Shown here in pieces: positions 36,901 through 48,400 of a DNA stretch of 64,000 bases. The notes under the pieces are model-generated. The model was given only the letters and a program-made list of their open reading frames with translations, had not been told where the DNA came from and did not search any database. The position numbers were made by a program, and so were the translations under genes. Source of the DNA: Octopus sinensis. Lineage: Eukaryota. Position 1 is the first letter of the stretch, and each line of letters opens with the position of its first letter. The stretch lies in the NCBI RefSeq assembly GCF_006345805.1, contig NC_042999.1:148924001-148988000 (forward strand), given 5' to 3'.

Positions 36901-39900
36901 TATTAATTGCAATCTAGAATGAATCTTGCTTTTTTTTTATACCAGACGTTTGTGATTTGTTTTTCTGATGAACTACTATTTTACTGACATTAACAGCATT
37001 CTGGAATATCATTGCTGGTAAAACAAGTCTCAATCAAAATAATTGGGCTGATTTAATTGATGGGAGCCCTCTTTTAAAAATGCGTGGCCTGGGGTGTATC
37101 AAATAGTTGAAGGAACTAAATGCTGTTTCCCTTACTCTCAAAGACGTGCAGGAGCACCTTTGCAGGTGTCATGCAAAAAAGCACAGTACACTCTATAAAG
37201 TGGTAGGCATTAGGAAGGGTACATATTATCATCATCATACATCTGTTGTCCACGCTGACATGGGTTCGACGGTTTGACTGGGTTGGCATGCTGCATCAGA
37301 CTCCTATCTGATTTTGTATGGTTTTCTATGGCCAGATGCCCTTCCTAACACCAACCACTCTGAGAGTGTAATGGGTGCTTTTACATGTCACTGGCACTGG
37401 GGTGCGTTTGTATATATATACATAGAGAAATATGCCATTATTAATAATAATGATATAAGTAGCCAAAGCATGAACCGAACAGGCAAGTTTAAAAATGTAA
37501 AGGTACTTTAAAATACCAACTTTGCTATAAATAGGAGTGAAATATACTCCGATGAGTATCCAGCCTTAGAAACCATGCCAAAACAGACATTTAGAGCCTG
37601 GGTAGCTCTCCAACTGGTCAGCTTCTGTCAAACCGTCCAGCCCATGCCAGCATGGGAAATAGACATATGAGGACTGTATTTGAGAAAGGCACCAACATCC
37701 ACTTTGTTGCAAGCTTTTGGGTCAGTTTGTAGAAACTTCTCTCCCTTCAACCAATCTCGGAAACTTTGTAATGGTTCATAGACACTACAATCCTCTGCTG
37801 ACAAAATTAAAAAAACAAAAACAAAAACCCTTGCCAAGTTAGCTATTTCATACTGCCACCTGCACACTCACCATTATTCTTCTTGTCACCCATACTGTGT
37901 TCCACTGCCCAGGTCCTTGACTGACCATTATTTCTTTCCTCAGTCCCATTGTATGACAGCTTGACAGAATTCTTTTCCATTCCACAATTTTTTCTGTAAA
38001 CATCAACCTTAATCAGTTTCAGATTAAGCTTAAACAAATCCTGTTATGGTGATTGATAAGCTGGACTATTAATCTAATGGAGATATTTAATGTTTTACTG
38101 TATTATTGTTTCTTAAGAAACTATATCAGAATACATAGTCCACTTATCTGTAAATGGGTGACCCGGTGATGGATTGGTGTTCCATTCAGTGGAAATGTTG
38201 GCCTGCCCTGTAAGGAAGTACATTGTGATCAGCTGTGTATAACAATATGTGGTAGTTTGGTTGATATATGAATATACTCAATCTTGATCGAATTCAAAAA
38301 TTACTTTAAATTCAGTTATCACTATGGTAACTGAATTCATTCAACTGATTGTTTCAGCCAAGCTCTGTTTTTCATGCTGTTTTCTGTTTTCCCCCCCAGC
38401 AAACTGTTTTTTTGTTTTCTTTCCCAACCTTGCTGTTTCTCATGCTGTTTTCCAGCCAAGCTTTTTTTTATGCTGCCTTTTCCTGGTTTATTTAAAGCCA
38501 AGTTGTTTTTCATGCTGTTTTCTGTTTTTTCAGCCAATAGTTGCTTTTATGTTTTTTAAGCAAACTGTTTTCATGCTGTTTTTCTGTTTTCTTTCCCAAC
38601 CTAGCTGTTTCTCATGTTGTTTTTATGCTGTTTTTCTGTTTTTTCAGCCAAGCTCTGTTTTTCATGCTTCTTTATTGTTGTTGTGTTAAAATATGGTGTA
38701 CCCAATAATATTGTATTTAGTTTATTATGCAATGGAATTGAATAAGATTTCTGAATAATATTTAAATGACATATTTTTACAGGCACTGACTAACATTCAG
38801 TCTAAAGTCGATCAAATGAAAGTTGAGAACTTAAGTAAGTGAACTATTTTTTTTAAATCTTGATTCTGGCTGTAACTATGCATCAAACGTAAATTAAACC
38901 AATAGTACATTGGGAAAAATAATCTAGAATTTATATTTATTAGTGCAAAGGAAACAAGCTGGCAGAATCGTTAGCACACCAGGCAAAATGGTTAGTGACA
39001 TTTTGTCCATCTTTACATTCTGAGTTCAAATGCTGATGTCGACTTTGCCTTTCATTCGTTTGGGGTCAATAAAATAAGTACCAGTTATACACTAGAGTTG
39101 ATGTAATAGACTTACTCACTCCCCTGAAATTGCTGGCCTTGTGTCAAAATTTGAAACCAGTATTTAGCAGTGTTCCTCAAAGATTTTATTTTAAAATACA
39201 TTTAAATAATCTTTGATCTTATAATAAAATACAGATAGGTTTTACTGTTTCAAGTCTACCCACAGATTAAGTGTTCCAAACATGACTATCCAGTCTTTCT
39301 TTTCAGGTATTGTACATTTTGTGCTACACTACTTAATGTACTTTTAGATAACTGTTTTTCAAGAGACTAGGGTGTCATCGTTTAATCTCCGCCTTCCATG
39401 CTGGCTTGAGTTGGACAATTTGACAGGAGCTGGCTAGACAGAAGACTACACCAAACTTCTGTGTCTGTTTTGGCAGGGTTGTTATAGTTGGATGCCTTTT
39501 CTAACACCATCCACACACAGAGTGGGCTGAGTGTTTCTTATGTGGCACAAGCACAGGCGAGGTCAGTTTTGGCATGATTTTTATAGCTGGCAAATGCCAG
39601 CCACTTTACAGTGTCAACTGTAATTTAAGGAAACTTTGGTTGCTATTTCTTGCAGGTCTAGTTATTACATAATGGATCCCTAGACATTGCAGTTGTTCCA
39701 TCTTGCTGTAGAAAAATCTGCCTCAAAGACCTAAAGACATCATGGATGATGATATCTATAGGTGTTCGGGTCTCTTTGTCTTGACATCATGTGATGGTTG
39801 TCATATATGGGGTGTCCATTATTTCCAATCTTTTGTGAAAACATTTCCAGCCTTGGGGAAGTATTATGCTGCATAGTTTTGTGTTTATGATTCCACTAAT

Positions 39901-41974
39901 TGGCAGAAATATCTCTTATTTTCCACTGTAAATGAAACCCTGTGGGTGCCTGCTTTTATATGTTCCAGGGATAGGGTATAGTCAGATGAATTTGTACTTG
40001 CTACGGTATTCTTAGAGATTAAGAATAACTGATTTAAAATTTTGCTTAAATATAGGCACAAAGGTAGCTGTGTGGAATCTTGGGCAAGTGTCTTCTATGG
40101 CCATAGGCTGACCAAAACCCTGCGAGGGGATTTGGTAGACAAAAACTGAAAAAAGCCCGTTGTGTGTATGTATGTATGTATATTTATATATGTGTGTGTG
40201 TGTCTTTGTCCTCCACTGCTTGACAACCAATGTTGGTGTATTTATGTCCCTGTAACGAAGTGGTTCAGCAAAAGAGATCAATGTAATAAGTATCAGCTTT
40301 AAAGTATTGGGGTTGATAAACAGGGTTCATCTTTTTTCTAGAAACAAACTGCAGTACTTGCACTCACTGCTTGTCAACATTGTGGTGCTGTCACTGGTCA
40401 CAGCAACAAGTTGTCTATTCTAATAACTTGTTAAGTTGTTATTTATATATTAGTAGATGGCTCCAATGCCGGTGGCATGTAAAAAGCACTATCTGAATGT
40501 GATTGATGCCAGGCCTACCTGACTGGCTCCTGTGCCGGTGGCATGTAAAAAGCATCCACTACACTCTTGGAGTGGTTGGCATCCAGCTGCAGAAACATTG
40601 CCAGATCAGATTGGAGCCTGGTGCAGCTGCTGGCTTTCTAGACCTCAGTCGAACTGTCCAACTCATGCCAGCATGGAAAAGGGACGTTAAACGATGATGA
40701 GGTTAGGGGTTGATTCATTTGACTAAAATTCTTCAAGGTGGTGCCCCAGCATGGCCACAGTCTAATGACGGAAACAAATAAAAAAATAAAATGTAAATGC
40801 AGTTTTCAATAAATGCCCTTCTTTTTCCTTCAGGAAACATTGCTCAGAATCGTGAATTAATGATCTTTCTGGAACCAACAAATCAAAATCTAAAAACTGT
40901 TGTTGAGAAATACAATACAAAATCACAAGAGAGCAGGTAATTAGACTTTGTTATGTAAACATATTTGTTTTGTTGGATTTTTACCCTTTGAACGACAGAT
41001 CAAGACATTAATTTTTTGTAACTAAACACTTTCGAACTTTGGACACTGGTAGAATGTGTCATATAAAACATCTTTTACTCTTAGTGTTATTGAGAAAAGT
41101 TTGTATTTTCAAAGTTATTTCATGTTAAAGTTGTCGTATTTCGGTAATTTCAACCGATCAATGACATGTATTCAGCTGAATAAAATTACTGCCGTTATTT
41201 GTCAACAACTTCCAGCGGTGTATATTTTGTTTGTCACTGTTATTTATGACATATTTCATCTCAGTTACGTTTGTATGAATAAATGAGTGTATCTGAAGCA
41301 TGTTTACTTCATGGCACCACCATAATCGTTCGTCCATTTCTACTGCTTTTAGTTTGTTTTTTTTTTCCTGTTTTTCAGCTACTATTTTTAGAATGACTCT
41401 TTTGCCCCCCTCCCCCTCCAATTTCATCATTTTTCACTTTTTTTCATAACTTTAACCCTAAAACCCTAAAGCTAAAACCAGTACAAACGATGTCATAAAT
41501 ATCAATGACAAACGAAATATACACCGCCGATAGTTGTTATTGACAAACAACGACAGTAATTTTATTCAGCTGAATAAACGTCATTGATTGGTTGAAATTA
41601 CTGAAATAAGACAAGTTTAACACAAAATAACTTCGTAAATATAAACTTTTCTCAACAACACTAAAACAGTAAAAGATGTTTTAAATGACACATTCTACCA
41701 GTGTCCGAAGTTTGAAAGTGTTTTGTTACAAAAAATTAATTTCTCGATCTACAGTTCAAAGGGAAAAGATCCGTTTTGTTACCTATATCTGCTTAATAAA
41801 AAACTAAAACGATTGATTCAAAATTTCAGGTTTCTGGAAGATTTAGCCAAACTAAAGAAAGAGAACAGGGCTTTCCAATATATTCTCCAAAGCTTAATTG
41901 CAGGAAGCAGTACTGATTGGGCAGCTGATCCAGAATTACTTTCTATTATGTTAAGGGCTGGTAAAGAGCTTTGA
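30805..41974 (+). CDS. CENPH: Centromere protein H-like (CCAN HIKM subunit), complete 8-exon CDS, 226 aa
   Basis: Exons 30805-30943, 34118-34151, 34833-34904, 36013-36081, 36219-36285, 38783-38834, 40834-40936 and 41830-41974 splice in frame (681 nt). Coiled-coil-like body. The C-terminus FQYILQSLIAGSSTDWAADPELLSIML matches the CENP-H signature Q..LI.GS...WA.DP.L..I.L. Confidence 0.85.
34118..34151 (+). CDS. CENPH: CENP-H exon 2
   Basis: T-tract gtag|AA GCG...TCC AA|gtaagt; phase 1 to 2. Confidence 0.78.
34833..34904 (+). CDS. CENPH: CENP-H exon 3
   Basis: tttag|A ATC...GAA AG|gtgagc; ISELMKEVTLQTCRESRRKLMIE. Confidence 0.82.
36013..36081 (+). CDS. CENPH: CENP-H exon 4
   Basis: tttcag|A GTG...GTT AG|gtaagc; VQIGQVLIENLFEKDESTDVKV. 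Confidence 0.82.
36219..36285 (+). CDS. CENPH: CENP-H exon 5
   Basis: ttgtag|C AAA...CAT AAG|gtaatt; KELESVLEKQRKLSVDILKKHK. Confidence 0.82.
38350..38670. repeat. Degenerate minisatellite (~30-40-bp unit) in a CENP-H intron
   Basis: Repeated CAGCCAAGCT(CT)GTTTTTCATGCTGTTTTCTGTTTT units, roughly 8-10 copies. Confidence 0.8.
38783..38834 (+). CDS. CENPH: CENP-H exon 6
   Basis: tttacag|GCA...TTA A|gtaagt; ALTNIQSKVDQMKVENL. Confidence 0.82.
40834..40936 (+). CDS. CENPH: CENP-H exon 7
   Basis: ccttcag|GA AAC...AGC AG|gtaatt; NIAQNRELMIFLEPTNQNLKTVVEKYNTKSQES. Confidence 0.82.
40975..41772. mobile_element. Long fold-back MITE (GGAT ends, 8-bp TSD) filling the last CENP-H intron
   Basis: TSD GTTTTGTT (40967-40974 and 41773-41780); about 300-bp inverted arms; subterminal sequence shared with the 8744 and 26126 MITEs. 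Confidence 0.88.
41830..41974 (+). CDS. CENPH: CENP-H last exon
   Basis: atttcag|G TTT...CTT TGA; FLEDLAKLKKENRAFQYILQSLIAGSSTDWAADPELLSIMLRAGKEL*. Confidence 0.88.
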
Positions 41975-42430
41975 CTAGAGAAAAAGACAGTAAAGCAAAT
42001 TATTAATTAATGAAAAAAATTTGAAATTTTTAACGAAAAGATTTTATTTGGTTACATTTTGAGCCCATTATGGGCTAAACTGTACACCAGGATTGTTGGA
42101 TAATCTACTGGTATGGTCCAATATTCTACAATACCGTTGATATCCTAAGGGGATTGAGATCTTTGGTTTGTGGTAGCAGTGATGAGGATATTCCTGGAGG
42201 GATGACTGAAAACTCATTCAACTAAAAATTCATAACTCATTCAAAGTTGTTTTTAAAATAAAAATGTAATTAAAATTCAAATTTAAATATATATTTTTGC
42301 TATAATATAAAAAAAAAAGGATTTTGTCTTTAAATAAATGTTCACAGTGTGAGATGACAAGAGTTGAGTTTTGATCTCCAGTGAGCGCGAAATTTGATAT
42401 CTGTGCCTAAACCATTGATTGCAGAATATA

Positions 42431-42457
42431 TCACAGTTCGGGATGAGTTATCATAGC
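42431..42457 (-). CDS. DIS3L2: DIS3L2 probable last coding exon
   Basis: tattttatttcag|GCT ATG ATA ACT CAT CCC GAA CTG TGA = AMITHPEL*; the best phase-0 acceptor downstream of the 44533 donor. Confidence 0.7.
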   Translation of the reverse strand, partial: AMITHPEL

Positions 42458-45400
42458 CTGAAATAAAATATTTAAAAAATTTCAATTCACAGGATTACAC
42501 CAAGATTTAAACAGTAAATTACATTTGGTCTTCAAGACAGCCTAATCATCTTGAGAGAGTTATTATGTACTGTTACTATTTCACTTCTTTATTTTATTAG
42601 TCAATTTGTTAACCAATTGACTAATCGTTTGATTAGTCATTTGGTTGATCAATTTATCAGTTAGGTTTGTGAAAAGTCCTTTCTGTTTGACAGATAGACC
42701 TGAAAAAGAACTGGAATAGAGGGCTTGTCTGGCAATGAAAGGACACTGACAAACATAAATGACTGATCAATTAACCAAATGATTGATCAATTAGTTAATT
42801 GGATAAGTAGTTAACCGACTGACAAATGTGAAATGAGAAAGTAAATAGAACCAGTGTGTGTTTTATGCTGGCATTATGACCTTTGCAAGATGCATAAAAT
42901 GTTTCAAACACATGAGTTCACACCAAGAATCTTGCAAACCAAATACAAAAATGGAGTGTGTGTGTATATATATATATATACATACACTAGTTGCCATGAT
43001 AGATCGTTAGCCACTACACACATTTTTTTCTCTCCTTGTTTTTTCTGTGTCCCTTTCTGTAGAAGAGCGTAGGCTCGAAACATAAAAGACTTTTTCTATT
43101 CCTGAGCGTTATACTAATACATCTGTTTGTTTTGTACACCATCTGTCTTCGTCTTTTGTTTTTTTTGTAAACTCTTCCTATATATATATAAAGATTCATT
43201 AAATTCATATGATCAGTCACATTTCTGAAGATTCAGTATTATAATGAAACTTGTGTACCATTATTGGTAATGGGTTTATATGAATATTTCAGGAGTTCTT
43301 GCTCCTTCTTGAGTACCACGTCCAATCCATTAACCATCCATGTACACATTCCTTAAACAGCCACTAAGTTTAGCAGTGTAACACTATTAGACAATTTGCA
43401 TATCAGACACATTCCTGGCAAATGGTATGTACATATTAATTGCTGGTAAGGACATCATATTCCATTTTGAAACCATAATATACTACCAAGTATATCAAAG
43501 TATATATAAGTCAGTACTGTGGAGGCGCAATGGCCCAGTGGTTAGGGTAGCGGACTCGTGGACATAGGATCGCAGTTTCGATTCCCAGACCAAGCGTTGT
43601 GAGTGTTTATTGAGCAAAAACACCTAAGCTCCACGCGGCTCCAGCAGTGGGTAGTGGCAATTCCTGCTGTACTCTTTCGCCACAACTTTCTCTCACACTT
43701 CTGTTGGCCCGCTCACTTAGCCAGCGTGGTGGCGTTGTCTGAAGGCTAAAACAATGTGAAGCGCATTGTGACTAGCGATGCGTAGCAACATCTGATAGCC
43801 TGATCGGTCATGATATGTCAGTACCATGCTCTACATTTTGGGTTAGCCTTGAAATTCAGTACTTTTAAGTTACATCAACAGATTTTCTATAGAATTTAGA
43901 GCCAGCATTTGAAGTCATGTTTTGTATATGAATCATCACCATCATTGTTTAACATCTGTTTTCCATGCTGGTATGGATTGGACGGTTTGACTGAGGACTG
44001 GGAGGCTCCAATCTGATCAGGCAGTGTTTCTACAGCTGGATGCCCTTCCTAACACCAACTCCGAGAGTGTAGCAGGTGCCTTCTTTACATGCCACTGGCA
44101 TGAGTGCCAGTCAAGCGGCACTGGCATCAGTCGCACTCAAATGGTGCCTTTTATGTGCCACTGGTACAGGAGCCAGTCAGGTTGCACTGGCATTGACCAT
44201 GTTTGAATGGTGCTTTTTATGTGTCACTGGCACGGGAGCCAGTCGGGCGGCACTGGCATGAACCATGCTTGAATAGTGCTTTTTGGGTGCCAGTCAGGTG
44301 GCACTGGCATTGGCCACAACTACGATTTCACTTGGCTCAACAGGTCTTCTCAAGCACAGCATATTGCCTGACGGTTGAAATGCCTATGTAATCAATGGTT
44401 AAGATGGAAAAGTAGGTGGCTATGAATTCTACATTTGCTACATTGGATTTCCTTCAGCTTCATGAAAAAAAAAATCCAAACTTTTACCATTTTAATAAAA
44501 CAGCAGCTTGTTTATAGACTAAGATTACTTACCAACCATTTGAGGGGTTCTGAATCTCCCTGTAATATACATTTAACCAAAGTAAAAATCCCAATTTCCT
44601 GATTAACACTTTCTTTTATGTGTTCATTCTCTTTCCACTGAAGTCGCAGCATTGGGAGTCTTTTCCTTTTGAATGCAGTGTGACTATGAAGATCCAGTTT
44701 CTGCAATACAAATCAAAATATTTTTAGATATCCAAAAAGGATTGTTGTGGTGGGAGTAAAAATGTGGAGGACCTCAATCTAATTGTTAAGCATAACGTAT
44801 TGCTATTATTGGTTTAAAATTTTTGGGACAAAGTCAGGGCAGTGGGTAAGTTGATTACACTGACCCCCGTACATAACTGGTACTTATTTTAGTGACCCTC
44901 GAAAGGATGAAAGGCAAAGTCGATCTTTGTAGGATTTGATCTCAGAGCGTGAAGATGAAATGCCACTAAGCATTTTGCCCTACTTATTGCCATTATTAAT
45001 TAGCATTAATTAAACAGGTTTTGAATTGATTTTGGACAGTAACATAAGTTGAACTAAAACGTTTTAAACTGATTCATCTGCTTATATTATATTAATTTCT
45101 TATTATCAATGCCATATTTTCCCCTTTTATTTTGCTAAAAGGGGCTCTATCCTTGCACTACCAATGAGGTTGTTTAACCCCAGGTCACACCTGATTGATA
45201 AAAATTATTTCAATCATAACCATCCTAGCATTCTGTGGACCTACATCAGCTGATGTCCTTCCTTTAAGATGACAGGCTGGGTGATTAGGGAAAAGTTTTT
45301 TCTTTTCATTTACCATGTTTCTGTTGAAATACATTGATTTGTTTAGAATTAATTTTGAAAATAAAGAATTCAGTTAAAAAAAAAACTTTTTCATTATTAT

Positions 45401-48400
45401 ATTGGTGCTTGGAACATAATTTAACATGAAACTTTCGGTGGACGGGTTTAATTTAGATTACTTTTAAACTATAACTTACATTGCAGTAGACTCTTTTAAC
45501 AACTCCAAGCCTGAGAATGTATACATCAAATGAATGGTCAAGGATAGCCATTACCATTCCTTTCTCATATAAAGGACCACTTGCCTGAAACATAGAACAT
45601 TAATCAAATTAACAAGAAAGCAGTTGCAAGTAAGTTAAACAAAATGAGATTCTTTTCAAAAGAGAAATATGACTGCCATGTATATTTCCATCTACTGTCA
45701 TGTTAAATGCAGTTGAGATCAGTCTAACCCTTTCGTTACCAACCTGGCTGAAACTGGCTTTCTCTAGTAAATATGTTTTGTTTTCAAAAGTTTTGAATTA
45801 AAATCTTCCATTAAACCTTAATCACAATTTATGTTCCTAACATCAGCTTAATTATAACTAAGTTATTTTACTAAATTCTTTGTTATATTTAAAATTAATT
45901 GAAAGAAACACATAACATCTCAAAATAAATATGGTAACAAAAGGGTTAAAATATATAATAGAGAAACAATTCTTAACCCTTTTGATACCAAGCCAGCTGA
46001 AACTGCCTTTGGCTCTGTAGTACAAATGCCTTGTTTTCAAAAGTTTTGAATTAAAATCTTCCACTAAACCTTAATCACAATTTATGTTCCTAACATCAGC
46101 TTAATTATAACTAAGTTATTTTACTAAATTCTTTGTTGTATTTAAAATTAATTGAAAGAAACAGAGCATCTCAAAATGAATACAGTAACAAAAGGGTTAA
46201 TGCGATAGTTTAACCTACCGTTGTTGTCAGCCTTATTATACCAATCAATATTCACTAACATCATAGTCTATTTAGTATTTGTTTGGATTGTTCTTGGGAA
46301 AATGTCAACCAGATGGTAACTAAGGAATCTCCTTTATCACATTTCCTAGCACACTACAAATAAAGCTAGTATTATAGTTTTATCCATTTATTAACATCTC
46401 AACAAAGTGGTTTCATAATATCAACAAAGATATTTTTTCGCTGTTATTTCTTTTTAATATCTGCATTGTCCAGTAACCTGCTGCTTACTGATAGATTCTT
46501 CTTGTTCTTTGGTTAGGGGTGGAGTGTTTGAGATTGCTTAGAGAAAACAGATTTGATATTAACACAAAATAATCACTTGTAATGTTAGCATGAGACCACA
46601 ATTTTGAGGCTGGAGTGGACAGAGGTAAGCTCAGCTGATTCAGTTGACCCCAAGTATTTGACTGCTATTTTTATTTTATCTCCCCAAAAGGAAGAAAAGG
46701 AAAGTTGATCTTGGTAGGATTTGAACTCAGAATGTAAAAAACCAAAAGAAATAGTACAAGACATTTTGTCTGATTCTGCAATAATAATAATCAGAATCTC
46801 GATCAAAATGGAAATTGCAGTTGTGGCCGATGCCAGTGCTGCCTGACTGGTTCCCATGTTGGTGGCATGCAATAAGCACCATTTATGTGTGGGTCAATGC
46901 CAGTGCTACTTGACTGGCTCCCTGTGCCAGTGGAATGTAAAAAGCACCATCCAAATGTGGCTGATGCCAGTGCCACCTGACTGGCTCCCGTCTTGTTCGT
47001 ACATAAAAAGTACCCACTACACTCTTGGAGTGGTTGGCATTGGGAAGGGCATCCAGCTGTAGAAACCTTGCCTGATCAAATCGGAACCTGGTGCAGCCTC
47101 CTGGCTTGCCAGTCCCCAGTCAAACCGTCCAACCCATGCCAGCATGGAAAACGGACATTAAACGATGGTGATGATGATTGTATAGCACAGGTGAGCTCTG
47201 ATCAAACCAAATCATGGTATTTAACCCTTTCAATACCAACCCGGCTGAAACCGCCTTAGCCCTGTAGTACAAATGTCTTGTTTTCATAAGTTTTGAATTA
47301 AAGTCTCCCACCAAACCTGTAGCTTAATGAGAACTAAGTTATTTTACTAAATTCTTTGTTATATTTAAAATTAATTGAACAAAACACAGAATGTCTCAAA
47401 ATAAATATGGTAACGAATGGGTTAAGTAGCTAACCAAACATCTAGACATGACCCCCCACTTCCCAGTTATACAATATTCTCCAGTTTTTTCCTAATCATA
47501 TAATACTTTCTCCACCTAACTGAGAACCATATTGCACACTCTGATGCTCAGTGTTGAATTGTTTGGGGTACAGTGCAATAGTTTGGACAAGTTGCAATCC
47601 CTTCGTCCAGTCAATATATTTGCTCATTCTGGTGGTGGTCACAGCAGAGGGGAGCAGCAAAGTGGACTGAGCTGGAGTGTGGCAGTAGCTGTTTCCCTGC
47701 ACTTGCTGGTGGTAGTTATCTCAGCACAGTGTTTAACCATTTAGCATCCAGATTACTCTATCATCATCATCATCATCGTTTAACGTCCGCTTTCCATGCT
47801 AGCATGGGTTGGACGAATGACTGAGGGCTGGCGAACCAGATGGCTGCACCAGGCTTCAATCTTGATCTGGCAGAGTTTCTACAGTTGGATGCCCTTCCTA
47901 ACGCCAACCACTCCGAGAGTGTAGTGGGTGCTTTTATGTGCCAATCAGGCGGTACTGGCAACGACCTCGCTCGAATCTGAATCTTTTACACATGCCAGCG
48001 GCACAGGTGCCAGTAAGGCGATGCTGGTAATGATCACGCTCGAATGGTGACTTTTCGTGGGCCAGATAGCTGCTGCGGCAACGATCACGCTCGGATGGTG
48101 CTCTTTAAGGCGACGCTGGTAACTCTATCAACTGTAATATTGTTTTGAATTGATCCTGTTGTAACTTCAAAATTTCAATGATATCATTGTTTTTACAATG
48201 ACATCGCAGGGTAGGCGTGAGAGGCTGGATCTGGCTAATTTGAACATAAAACAGGCAGAATATTATGGCCAGTTTAAATGCTGAAGAGTTAAGGCCTTAT
48301 TTGAATGTTTTCTTGATGGTAGATGTTGAAACCAAATTTACTGAAATGAAAAATTATAAATAACTCCTTAGCTTCTCATATACAGAAGTTTCTCATGAAA

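Noticed and set aside
42484-42541. Alternative DIS3L2 terminal exon (AVLKTKC...)
   Set aside because: Acceptor lacks a pyrimidine tract; the 42457 acceptor is much stronger
43518-43600. tRNA gene
   Set aside because: A/B boxes are present but there is no intact cloverleaf; it continues into a SINE body with a TSD
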